From Candidatus Peribacter riflensis (GTDB lineage Bacteria; Patescibacteriota; Gracilibacteria; Peribacterales; Peribacteraceae): DNA of 32,000 nt. This document shows, in pieces, positions 15,291-22,880 of the stretch. The first letter of the stretch is position 1; every line of letters starts with the position of its first letter. The notes under the pieces were generated by a model, which saw only the letters and a list, made by a program, of their open reading frames with translations, was not told the DNA's origin and searched no databases. A program made the position numbers and the translations under genes. The stretch is taken from positions 1,110,001 through 1,142,000 of the forward strand of contig CP013062.1 in NCBI GenBank assembly GCA_001430755.1, written 5' to 3'.

Positions 15291-15355
15291 CCCTAACCCT
15301 AACCCTAACCCTAACCCTAACCCTAACCCTACCCCCTATCCCTACCCCCTATCCC
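15291..15355. repeat. (CCCTAA)6 telomere-like tandem repeat plus degenerate CCCTAC/CCCCTAT units, abutting the metK ATG
   Basis: Six perfect CCCTAA units occupy 15291-15326. They are followed by CCCTAC CCCCTAT CCCTAC CCCCTAT CCC, ending at the ATG (15356). The complement strand is (TTAGGG)n. Confidence 0.95.
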
Positions 15356-16567
15356 ATGTCCCACCTCTTCACCTCCGAGTCCGTGACCTCCGGCCATCCG
15401 GACAAGCTCTGCGATCAGATCTCCGACGCGGTGCTCGACTACGCGCTCAGCAAAGATCCTTCGTCCCATGTGGCGTGCGAGTGTCTGGCCACGACCGGCC
15501 TCGTGGTGGTCGCGGGCGAGATCAAGACTTCGATCTACATTCCGATTGCCGATATCGCGCGCAAGACCATCGAGGAAATCGGTTACGACGATGCCTCATT
15601 CGGCTTCGACCACAGGGCATGCGCCGTGGTGGTGAGCGTGGGTGAGCAGAGCGCTGATATCCAACTGGGAGTCGATACCGATAAGAACAAGGACAAGGAG
15701 CAGGGTGCCGGCGATCAGGGACTGATGTTCGGGTTTGCCTGTGACGAGACTCCGGAACTCATGCCGCTCCCCATCTCGCTTGCGCACCGTCTCACAAAAA
15801 AGCTCGAAGAGGTCCGTAAGTCGAAGCTCATCCCCTACCTCCGCCCGGACGGCAAGAGCCAGGTCACCGTGCAGTACGGCGATGACGGCAAGCCCCAGCG
15901 ACTGCAGTGCGTGGTGATCTCGACCCAGCATGCAGAGAGCGCTCTGCACGAGCAGATCGAGGCGGATATCACGAAGCACGTGATCGAGCCGGTGTGCGGC
16001 AAGTATCTGGATAAAGATTCCATCCTGCACATCAACCCGACCGGACGCTTCGTGGTCGGAGGCCCCCCGGGGGACTGCGGCCTCACCGGACGCAAGATCA
16101 TCGTCGATACCTACGGCGGCTACGGCCGGCACGGCGGAGGCGCCTTCTCGGGCAAGGATCCCAGCAAGGTGGACCGCTCTGCGGCGTACGCGGCCCGCTG
16201 GGTGGCCAAGCACATTGTGAAGGCAGGTCTGGCCCACAAGTGCGAGGTGCAGGTGGCCTATGCCATCGGCGTCGCACGTCCGGTTTCCATCCGTGTCGAT
16301 ACCTTCGGCACCGGTACCTATGATGATCGCGTGCTCGAGAAGGCCGTCGAGCAGGTCTTCGATTTGCGTCCCGCCTCCATCATCCGCGATCTGGATCTCT
16401 TGAAGCCCATCTACCGCAAGCTTGCTGCCTACGGTCACATGGGTCGCGAAGATCTCAAAGTGAAGTGGGAAGAGACCCCGCGCATCACGGATCTTCTGAA
16501 GGCTGTGAGTGAGGCGACCGGCGCATCGCACGCCCATACCACCAAGGCCGGAGCCATGGTTCGCTGA
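15356..16567 (+). CDS. metK: S-adenosylmethionine synthetase
   Basis: [28 protein letters not shown]...[12 protein letters not shown]...[19 protein letters not shown]. The track ORF starts at a GTG at 15269, but the conserved MetK N-terminus begins at ATG 15356. The extension simply translates the repeat (LTLTLT...). Confidence 0.95.
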   Translation: MSHLFTSESVTSGHPDKLCDQISDAVLDYALSKDPSSHVACECLATTGLVVVAGEIKTSIYIPIADIARKTIEEIGYDDASFGFDHRACAVVVSVGEQSADIQLGVDTDKNKDKEQGAGDQGLMFGFACDETPELMPLPISLAHRLTKKLEEVRKSKLIPYLRPDGKSQVTVQYGDDGKPQRLQCVVISTQHAESALHEQIEADITKHVIEPVCGKYLDKDSILHINPTGRFVVGGPPGDCGLTGRKIIVDTYGGYGRHGGGAFSGKDPSKVDRSAAYAARWVAKHIVKAGLAHKCEVQVAYAIGVARPVSIRVDTFGTGTYDDRVLEKAVEQVFDLRPASIIRDLDLLKPIYRKLAAYGHMGREDLKVKWEETPRITDLLKAVSEATGASHAHTTKAGAMVR

Positions 16568-16590
16568 TATTTTCTTTTCCTTCTTCTCCC

Positions 16591-16803
16591 ATGAATACTC
16601 ATCCTCATCTTGGCGTTGACGAGCTTACGGCGCCAGAAGTGGTACGGGCATTTGTGCTTCTTCAGCAGGCAAAGAAGCCCGAAGAGGTCATTCATGATCT
16701 GAGGGGTGAAGCGGCACAGCTACTCGACCCCGAAACATTCCCGCGCGACGTGCAGCGGCGGTATCAAGAATTGCCCAGAACGCTGAAACCGAAAGAGAAC
16801 TGA
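16591..16803 (+). CDS. Hypothetical small protein
   Basis: 70-aa ORF in the same direction as metK, with a plausible composition and no recognisable family. Confidence 0.45.
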   Translation: MNTHPHLGVDELTAPEVVRAFVLLQQAKKPEEVIHDLRGEAAQLLDPETFPRDVQRRYQELPRTLKPKEN

Positions 16804-16820
16804 AGTGGGGGTGAAGCGGG

Positions 16821-17390
16821 ATGCGCTATCATCGTCTGGTGAGTACTCTTCCAAAGATCATTTTTCTCCACGGCAACAGCGGAGAGGGGGTGGGCCATTA
16901 CTGGTTTCCGTACGCCGCGCGTGAATTCCAGAAGCTCGGTCTAGAGGTCGTTGCAAAGGATTTTCCCGATGCGCATCTGGCGCGCAAAAGTATCTGGCTC
17001 CCTTTTCTCGAGCAGGAGTGCGGCGCGGATGAGAACTCCATTCTGATCGGGCACAGTTCCGGCGCTATCGCGGCCATGCGCTTTGCGGAGCAGCAGGAGA
17101 TTTTCGGGTCCGTGCTTGTGGGTGCCTACTACACTGATACGGGAGTGGAGAATGAGCGCCTGAGCGGGTACTTCGATGATCCGTGGGATTGGAAAGCGAT
17201 CAAAGAGAATCAGCGCTGGATCATTCAGTTCGCTTCCACCGATGATCCCTTTTTCTCCATCGAAGAGCCGAGACTGGTGGCGAAAAACCTCAGCGCCGAC
17301 TATCACGAATATACGAACCGGGGACACTTCTTTGAGAAAGAGTTTCCGGAATTAGTGAAAGCAGTGAAGCAAAAAGTTTCAGCCGCGTAG
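16821..17390 (+). CDS. Alpha/beta serine hydrolase, RBBP9/YdeN family
   Basis: 189 aa: KIIFLHGNSG..., the nucleophile elbow LIGHSSG, and a C-terminal ...TNRGHF (catalytic His region). Length and motif order fit the YdeN/RBBP9 family. Confidence 0.75.
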   Translation: MRYHRLVSTLPKIIFLHGNSGEGVGHYWFPYAAREFQKLGLEVVAKDFPDAHLARKSIWLPFLEQECGADENSILIGHSSGAIAAMRFAEQQEIFGSVLVGAYYTDTGVENERLSGYFDDPWDWKAIKENQRWIIQFASTDDPFFSIEEPRLVAKNLSADYHEYTNRGHFFEKEFPELVKAVKQKVSAA

Positions 17391-18068
17391 CCGGTAGAGC
17401 TTCAAAGCTTTTCGTCGCTCCATACAGTCGGGGAGGACGGAGGCGACTGTGTACCAGAACGCGCGTGAATGATTGTGATGCAGAATGTGGGCGAGCTCAT
17501 GAATGATCACGTAGGTACATAGCTGCTCCGGCACGAACAGGAGCGCCGTATTCAGCGTGATGCGGCCATTCGGCGCGCAACTGCCGAAACGACTCAGCAT
17601 GTGGCGCGTCTGCACGCGCGTGATGCGTGCGCCGAACGTTGCTGCATTGATCGTGCGCACCCGCTCTTCCATCGCTTCACGTTCCGACATACTGAGAAGG
17701 CGCCAGAGATACGCATGGAATGTTTTCTCCCCGGTCGTCTGTGCACGCGCGATATTCCAACCATTTTCCGTCCTCGTGGCAGACGTCCTCTCCCCTTTCA
17801 TCACGGAAAATATCCAGCGTGTGCCGTCGGCAAGCGCGATGGAAAAATGTCCCTCCGCGCGCAGGAGTAAGCGGAAGGGGTCAATTGTACGGGAGGCCTG
17901 GTGATGCGCACAGCGGCGCACCATGCGCCTGAGAAGGGATGTGACGTGACGCTGCTCCTCCGCTTCACTCAGGCGGCCGGCCAGTCGGATGAGCACACCA
18001 TCATCTTTGAATGATGCGCTGGAGGTGCGGTTATTTGTTCGCTCAATGGAGTAATTGAAGCAGTGCAT
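17379..18068 (-). CDS. YgjP-like (DUF45 / M48-related) zinc metallopeptidase-fold protein
   Basis: 229 aa with a C-terminal HELAHILHHNHSRAFW (HExxH...H...FW), typical of YgjP/DUF45. It overlaps the convergent hydrolase gene by 12 nt. Confidence 0.8.
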   Translation of the reverse strand: MHCFNYSIERTNNRTSSASFKDDGVLIRLAGRLSEAEEQRHVTSLLRRMVRRCAHHQASRTIDPFRLLLRAEGHFSIALADGTRWIFSVMKGERTSATRTENGWNIARAQTTGEKTFHAYLWRLLSMSEREAMEERVRTINAATFGARITRVQTRHMLSRFGSCAPNGRITLNTALLFVPEQLCTYVIIHELAHILHHNHSRAFWYTVASVLPDCMERRKALKLYRLRG

Positions 18069-18093
18069 GTGAAAGTTATCCTCAGGGATGAAG

Positions 18094-18170
18094 GAAGAAT
18101 AATGAATTATGAATTAAGGCAACCATATCAAAGCCAATCTTTATTCTTAATTCTTCATTCATAATTCTTC
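18094..18170. repeat. AT-rich palindromic intergenic element built from GAATnAn heptads
   Basis: Arms 18094-18118 (GAAGAATAATGAATTATGAATTAAG) and 18146-18170 pair at 22 of 26 positions by hand alignment, with a loop of about 27 nt. The right arm covers the stop and last codons of the amidase gene. The arm is 29/32 identical to the arm at 21414-21445. Confidence 0.6.
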
Positions 18171-20174
18171 AATTTTTGTTCCCGGATAGTAGTACTGCAG
18201 AATCTGCTCTGCGTTCTTGCCCTCCTTCGCCTGTGCCTTGGCTCCGCAGCCCGACATTCCCACTCCATGCCCGGCCATGGGCAGGCCTTTGCACCACGGA
18301 TCGGGCTTGCTTGCGAAGATGTCTTCGAACGGAAAATTCGTCCAGCCGTTTTCGGCGGGCGTGCGCGTGCGGCCGTCATCCGATGAGAAGTAGGGGGTCT
18401 TCACGATCTGTCCGTCTTTGGTGAGCACCTGTCCGAGCGTGGAACGCACGGCGCGTGCCCACCGGACATTGTCACGCTCGAAGGCGATGCCTTCGTCGGC
18501 CTGAAAGCGGGCGGGGGAATCGTCGCCGTCATACGGCATGCCGGGGAACTTGCGGTGCTCGCTATCCAGATAGAACGCGGCGTAGCTGCGTGCGGCGATA
18601 GCGAAGGCGCGTTGCTTCTCGTAGGGCTCGGTATCGGGCTCTTCCGAAAGTCCTGCGAGGTAGTCTTCGATTGGAAGCTCATTGATGAGTGTCGCTTTTC
18701 CTTCCACTGCGCTGCAGGTGATTGCTCCCCGATAGAGGCGCTTGAGATATACAAGGTCATAGGCGCTGCAGGCAGTGGCTCCATTTTCACGCGTCGAAAG
18801 ACGGATGCGGATGAGAGGGGAAGCTACAGAGGGAACAGAAGAAACAAAGGAAGTGGAGGATCGGGCGGAGCGTTGGGCGCCGGGCGTGGGGATATTGACG
18901 TTGTCGGATGGACTGAAGGTCATGCTCACAGGCTCGCCCGAAGGCGAGCGCGTGCGACGGCCGTCGGCATTGAGCAGGAAGGTGACGGGTCCGATATCGA
19001 CCGAGTAGACCCCCGGTTCAGTGGGGGCCTGAAAGCGCAGGCGGAGCGTTTCGACTTCGCCTTCGTGCAGCATGCGCGGTAGGAGGAGCTCCTGCCGCAC
19101 GCGCAGGTTCTCATCACCCAGTTGCTGCCAGATGCCGATGCGATTGGAGCTGCGGGTCACCGATGCGATCCGTGAGCGGCGCTGGACTACGGTTCCGCCA
19201 GCGCGGAAGAGCAGCGACACTTGCACTTGTCCGCCCGGCCGAACGGCGAGCTTGGTATCGGTGAGCGGCGTGAGCGTCGGCTCTGCCGGACGCAGGTTCA
19301 GCGATTGCAGACGCGTGGAACGGCGATCATTGGTGCGGTCCGTGTAGTTCTTGCCAATGGGCGGAGGAAAGCTCACGCGGGCCGAGACAGTGCCGCTCGC
19401 CACGTGCTGACGGACCTGCTCCAGCACTCCTGCGAGAAAATATCCGGGGCAGGCGGTGTGCACGATATCGCGATGACCCACGATCACCTCTTTCGATTCT
19501 CCGTGGAAGGTGATGGAGCGCCGCGGATCCAGCCCGTAGCGGACGGCGAGGTCTTTCAAAAGCCACTGCAGGCTCAGGATCTGGATCTGGCTTGGCTCCT
19601 CCAATTCAAAATTACCCAGGAGCGCGATGCCGAGGGTTCCCACATTGGCGCAGTAGGCGTGACCGCCCACCACATTCGCGCCGCCCGCGCGCCCTTCGTA
19701 GATCGTGCCATCCTCATCGATCAGGTAGTGGTAGCCGATGTCTCCCCAGCCGAGCGAGCCCGCATGGTACTGGTAGAGCGCACGCACGCGTTCCAGAGGG
19801 CTGCGGGGGTCATCACGGATGATCATGGCCGTGTGGTGCACCACGAGCAGGCGCACGTTGTAAGAGTACGACTGCGGCCATCGAAGCTTCTCTCCTTTCG
19901 TATTCTCTCTGACCGTACGCTCCACTTTGAACTCCTGCGGGTAGAGTCGCTGCGCCTCCTGACACTGCTTCACGCGCTCGGCAATGCCGTTGCCCTCATC
20001 GGCAGGAACCTGCTGTTCGGCGGACTTCGGTTCCTCCGTCGTGGAGAGGAGCAGCGCGTCATCTGCCCCCCACTCCTCCCGTGTGAGAACGGTGGGGGCG
20101 GCGAAAACGGGTTCTGCCCACCCGGCACCTGCGAGAGAGCCGAGGACCAGAGCGATGGCGAAATTCCTTCGCAT
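18159..20174 (-). CDS. Secreted peptidoglycan hydrolase: N-acetylmuramoyl-L-alanine amidase (Amidase_2/PGRP) domain fused to a SpoIID/LytB domain
   Basis: 671 aa with a signal peptide (MRRNFAIALVLGSLAGAGWA). Amidase_2 motifs are LLVVHHTA...GWGDIGYHYLIDEDGTIYEGRAGG...GHRDIVHTACPG. The C-terminal SpoIID motifs are EDYLAGLSEEP...QRAFAIAARSYA...PYFSSDDGRT...GHGVGMSGCGA...ILQYYYPGTKIE. TATACT (rc of 20182-20187) lies 7 nt upstream of the ATG. Confidence 0.85.
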   Translation of the reverse strand: MRRNFAIALVLGSLAGAGWAEPVFAAPTVLTREEWGADDALLLSTTEEPKSAEQQVPADEGNGIAERVKQCQEAQRLYPQEFKVERTVRENTKGEKLRWPQSYSYNVRLLVVHHTAMIIRDDPRSPLERVRALYQYHAGSLGWGDIGYHYLIDEDGTIYEGRAGGANVVGGHAYCANVGTLGIALLGNFELEEPSQIQILSLQWLLKDLAVRYGLDPRRSITFHGESKEVIVGHRDIVHTACPGYFLAGVLEQVRQHVASGTVSARVSFPPPIGKNYTDRTNDRRSTRLQSLNLRPAEPTLTPLTDTKLAVRPGGQVQVSLLFRAGGTVVQRRSRIASVTRSSNRIGIWQQLGDENLRVRQELLLPRMLHEGEVETLRLRFQAPTEPGVYSVDIGPVTFLLNADGRRTRSPSGEPVSMTFSPSDNVNIPTPGAQRSARSSTSFVSSVPSVASPLIRIRLSTRENGATACSAYDLVYLKRLYRGAITCSAVEGKATLINELPIEDYLAGLSEEPDTEPYEKQRAFAIAARSYAAFYLDSEHRKFPGMPYDGDDSPARFQADEGIAFERDNVRWARAVRSTLGQVLTKDGQIVKTPYFSSDDGRTRTPAENGWTNFPFEDIFASKPDPWCKGLPMAGHGVGMSGCGAKAQAKEGKNAEQILQYYYPGTKIEEL

Positions 20175-20194
20175 TGCGTGGAGTATAGCGGATC

Positions 20195-20293
20195 GGGATT
20201 CGGGAATAGGGATTCGGACCTCGGAAAATATTGCATGAGAGCAGTTCGCAAAACAGTTACCGCCCTATGTCCGGATTCCCATTTCCGATTCCC
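20195..20293. repeat. G/C-flavoured palindromic element (GGGATTC/GGGAATA heptads)
   Basis: The arms are 20195-20219 (GGGATTCGGGAATAGGGATTCGGAC) and 20269-20293 (rc GGGAATCGGAAATGGGAATCCGGAC). They are complementary at 20 of 25 positions and flank a 49-nt centre. The right arm lies inside the last 8 codons of the GT4 gene (ESEMGIRT). Confidence 0.5.
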
Positions 20294-21404
20294 TCAGCAA
20301 CAGGGCCTGATAGGCATCCACCATGCGATCGAGCGAGAAGCGCTCCCGTGCGGCGCATTTACCCCGGTGTGCGATGGTCTGGCGGAGCGTCGGATTCTGC
20401 ATTTTCTCCAGGGCATCGCGCAGAGCCGGCACGGAACCGGCGGGCACGATGAGGGCTTCTTCTCCCTGCTTTAAGTATCCCGTCGTGCCGCAGGCATCGG
20501 TCAGGATCACTGGCGTGCCCGTCCACAGGGCTTCCATGGGCGCGAGCGGGCAGGGATCATGCAGACGCGAGGGGAGCACAAAGACATCAAGCGACTGGTA
20601 GAACGCCCCTATCCCCGCAGCGGATGGAGGCAGAAACCGGATGCGTTCCCCATTCGCGTTGATCTCTGCGGCGAGTGCACGGAGCTTCGCCTCATCTCTG
20701 CCGTGTGCACCCGTCGCCATAATGTCGAGCGTCACACCCGGCAGGTCACGCATTGCCTGAAGCAGCAGATCCACTCCCTTGTCGTGCGAGAGGCGCGCGA
20801 CCGTGCCCACATGCAGCGTCGTCCGTTCAGGCCGCGTCTCATTCCCTTCGCCTTGAAGATGCTGCGGATCGATGCCGTTGCCGATCACCGCGATGCGCTC
20901 GGGGGCGAAGTGTAGTTGTTCCACGTAAATCTGTCGGCTCAATTCCGACACCGTCACGATGGTGGCCCCCGCACTCGCACGCCGAAGTGCCGGCAGCCAG
21001 GGATTTTTGATCAGCCACCGGCCGACGCGGTCATGCTCCACCCACAGCACGCGGATTCCTCGTTGGAGTGCAAATGGAGTGAAGAGGAGTTTTTCGGTCA
21101 TGCTCAGCATGACGATGGCATCGAGTGGGCCGAACTCCTGTATGGCCGCTTCAAGGCGTCGCTGCATCGATTTCCTTCGCCAGAGAAAGCTCACGGCGCC
21201 CCACTTGGTGACGGGGGGTGGACCGATTTCCAGTTCCGCAGCGAGGATGCCCTCATCCCAACAGAGCTTGAGGAGGGTTGCACAGCTGCCGAGGAAGGCG
21301 ACCCCGTGGCGCCGGGCGGCAAGTCCACTCAGAAGCGCCAGGGTTTGTACTTCGGCGCCGCCGTAGGCACTTTCGAGAGGAAATCGCGTGAACAGGATTC
21401 TCAT
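20265..21404 (-). CDS. Glycosyltransferase family 4 (GT-B fold)
   Basis: 379 aa: MRILFTRFPLESAYGGAEVQT..., with a C-terminal glycos_transf_1-type region (VGTVARLSHDKGVDLLL...DVFVLPSRLHDPCPLAPMEALWTGTPVILTD). Confidence 0.85.
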   Translation of the reverse strand: MRILFTRFPLESAYGGAEVQTLALLSGLAARRHGVAFLGSCATLLKLCWDEGILAAELEIGPPPVTKWGAVSFLWRRKSMQRRLEAAIQEFGPLDAIVMLSMTEKLLFTPFALQRGIRVLWVEHDRVGRWLIKNPWLPALRRASAGATIVTVSELSRQIYVEQLHFAPERIAVIGNGIDPQHLQGEGNETRPERTTLHVGTVARLSHDKGVDLLLQAMRDLPGVTLDIMATGAHGRDEAKLRALAAEINANGERIRFLPPSAAGIGAFYQSLDVFVLPSRLHDPCPLAPMEALWTGTPVILTDACGTTGYLKQGEEALIVPAGSVPALRDALEKMQNPTLRQTIAHRGKCAARERFSLDRMVDAYQALLLRESEMGIRT

Positions 21405-21413
21405 CGACGGGAT

Positions 21414-21513
21414 GAAGAATTAAGAATGAGGAATTAAGAATCAAGAATAAAAATATTCAAAGAAGCCACATTAGTATGATCCATAATTCTTTATTCTTCA
21501 TTCTTACTTCTTC
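21414..21513. repeat. AT-rich palindromic intergenic element built from GAATnAn heptads
   Basis: The left arm 21414-21443 (GAAGAATTAAGAATGAGGAATTAAGAATCA) and right arm 21484-21513 pair at 26 of 31 positions by hand, with a 40-nt loop. It runs from the stop and last codons of the receiver gene to 9 nt before the GT4 ATG. Confidence 0.6.
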
Positions 21514-21935
21514 GTTTCTTTCCACTCCTCCAGTAGCCTGAGGATCTTTTCCGTCACGAAGCGCTCGGGATAGGCGGTCGAGATGGCGACATCTGCCCCC
21601 GCAGCACGTGCCTCCTGTTCCAGTGCGTCGCCCGTAGAAGCCGTAATGAGCGCGATGCGGGCGGAGGGATGACGCTTGCGCAGCATCGAAATGAGCGGAA
21701 TTCCTCCGGCTTCGGGCATGCGGAAATCGATGAACGCGCCCACGATACCCGGTGTCTTCGCGATCAGCTCCTCACCTTCTTTCGTCGAATGCGCCACGAC
21801 CACTTCCGCCGGAAAACGGCTCTTCTTCAGAAGTGCGCGCAAATAGTGCTGCTTGCCCGGGGTGTCATCGGCGATGAGAAATCGGGCGGTGCCCTGCGCC
21901 GGAACTGAAGGTGACTGGTGCAGGGGGGTATCCAT
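21504..21935 (-). CDS. Stand-alone response-regulator receiver (CheY-like) domain protein, atypical
   Basis: FLIADD..., the phospho-acceptor context AFIDFRMPEAGG, and ALITAST. The usual conserved Lys-Pro position reads TAYP. The ATG at 21935 shares one base with the upstream gene's TGA (TGATG); the track uses a TTG at 21938. Confidence 0.75.
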   Translation of the reverse strand: MDTPLHQSPSVPAQGTARFLIADDTPGKQHYLRALLKKSRFPAEVVVAHSTKEGEELIAKTPGIVGAFIDFRMPEAGGIPLISMLRKRHPSARIALITASTGDALEQEARAAGADVAISTAYPERFVTEKILRLLEEWKETKK

Positions 21936-22321
21936 CAATCGACGAGGTCACGCAGCACCGCGCACGTCTCGCCTACCGACTGGCGTGAGGTGTCGATCAC
22001 GCGGTCATACACTGCTTTGGCGCGTGTCTTGCCCAGGTACACCGATGTGAGATCTTTGGGGAACGACTCCTGCACGGTATCGAGCATTTCTGCGGCCGGG
22101 CAGGTGATCACCACGCTGTAGCCCTCCTTCAGCGCCTCTTTGGCGCACTCACAGGCGACGAGCAGTGCGAAGAACGCACCCATGCCGATCACGTCGTCGG
22201 GATCCTGCGTTTGATCCAGATCTTCGAGCGCCAGGTGGCGCCAGTCAGGATGATCGGCGAGGAATTTATCCACGATCACGCCGCGCGAGATCTCGGTGCC
22301 GCCAGAGAGGAGTAAGACCAT
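21935..22321 (-). CDS. Hypothetical protein with a degenerate P-loop-kinase-like N-terminus
   Basis: 128 aa. MVLLLSGGTEISRGVIVDKF resembles the strand-plus-P-loop start of small nucleotide kinases/AAA_33 proteins but lacks the GK[ST] lysine. It is translationally coupled to the receiver gene. Confidence 0.55.
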   Translation of the reverse strand: MVLLLSGGTEISRGVIVDKFLADHPDWRHLALEDLDQTQDPDDVIGMGAFFALLVACECAKEALKEGYSVVITCPAAEMLDTVQESFPKDLTSVYLGKTRAKAVYDRVIDTSRQSVGETCAVLRDLVD

Positions 22322-22425
22322 GAGGTTCTATTTGGATATCAGAACATAGTACCACAAATTGAGGATTTTTGAAACGGTCAAGCGAGCCCTGACTGAAGCC
22401 AAGAGTTTGAAGAGGCAGGTGGTAC

Positions 22426-22446
22426 TCCCCTCCCGGCGGGAGGGGA
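22426..22446. repeat. GC hairpin upstream of the DUF559 gene
   Basis: TCCCCTCCC-GGC-GGGAGGGGA is a perfect 9-bp stem, followed by ccaaGGGGAGGGGGtgag. A related motif occurs at 13998-14028, upstream of yraN. Confidence 0.5.
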
Positions 22447-22487
22447 CCAAGGGGAGGGGGTGAGTTTCGGTGTTATGCTGATCCGCT

Positions 22488-22865
22488 ATGTTGCGGAACT
22501 TTCTTCACTGCACCGACACGCCGAAAATTCTCTTTGCCCGCCACCTTCGCGGGAGCCAGACGCCTGGCGAACAGATCCTCTGGCAAAAGTTACGTGCAAA
22601 GAGATTCCATGGGCTTAAGTTTCGTCGCCAGGTTCCCGTTGGTCCCTTTGTGGTCGATTTTTTGTGTCTTGGGAAAAGATTGATCATTGAGGTTGATGGC
22701 GACTCGCATTTCCAGCCAGGCATTCAACAGAAAGACAGAAAGAGAGAGGACTTTCTTCGGGAGCAAGGATTTACAGTGCTCCGTTTTAAGAACGGCTTTG
22801 TTGTTGAGGATTGTGATTTGGTGCTCACAAATATCGGAGAGAAACTTGGGCTCTACCAGGAATAA
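22488..22865 (+). CDS. DUF559 (Vsr/restriction-endonuclease-like fold) domain protein
   Basis: 125 aa. ARHLRGSQTPGEQILWQKLRAKRFHGLKFRRQVPVGPFVVDFLCLGKRLIIEVDGDSH...REDFLREQGFTVLRF is the classic DUF559 signature. The gene is visibly lower in GC than its flanks. Confidence 0.85.
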   Translation: MLRNFLHCTDTPKILFARHLRGSQTPGEQILWQKLRAKRFHGLKFRRQVPVGPFVVDFLCLGKRLIIEVDGDSHFQPGIQQKDRKREDFLREQGFTVLRFKNGFVVEDCDLVLTNIGEKLGLYQE

Positions 22866-22880
22866 ATCCCCTCTCCCTAG

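Noticed and set aside
15291-15332. Eukaryotic telomere contamination, chimeric assembly or a CRISPR array as the source of the CCCTAA repeat
   Set aside because: The tract is embedded between a bacterial SAM-I riboswitch and the metK ATG with continuous sequence on both sides. It grades into degenerate units and has relatives elsewhere in the window. The units are 6 nt with no spacers, so it is not CRISPR. A collapse or expansion artefact still needs read-level checking.
15269-15355. N-terminal extension of MetK from a GTG at 15269, encoding [23 protein letters not shown]
   Set aside because: The conserved MetK N-terminus ([15 protein letters not shown]) begins at ATG 15356. The extension is only the translation of the CCCTAA repeat, and the GTG directly abuts the GGAGG with no spacing.
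19221-20474. 417-aa + strand ORF
   Set aside because: It is antisense to the amidase-SpoIID gene and the GT4 3' end. It has no motifs and runs through the intergenic palindrome.
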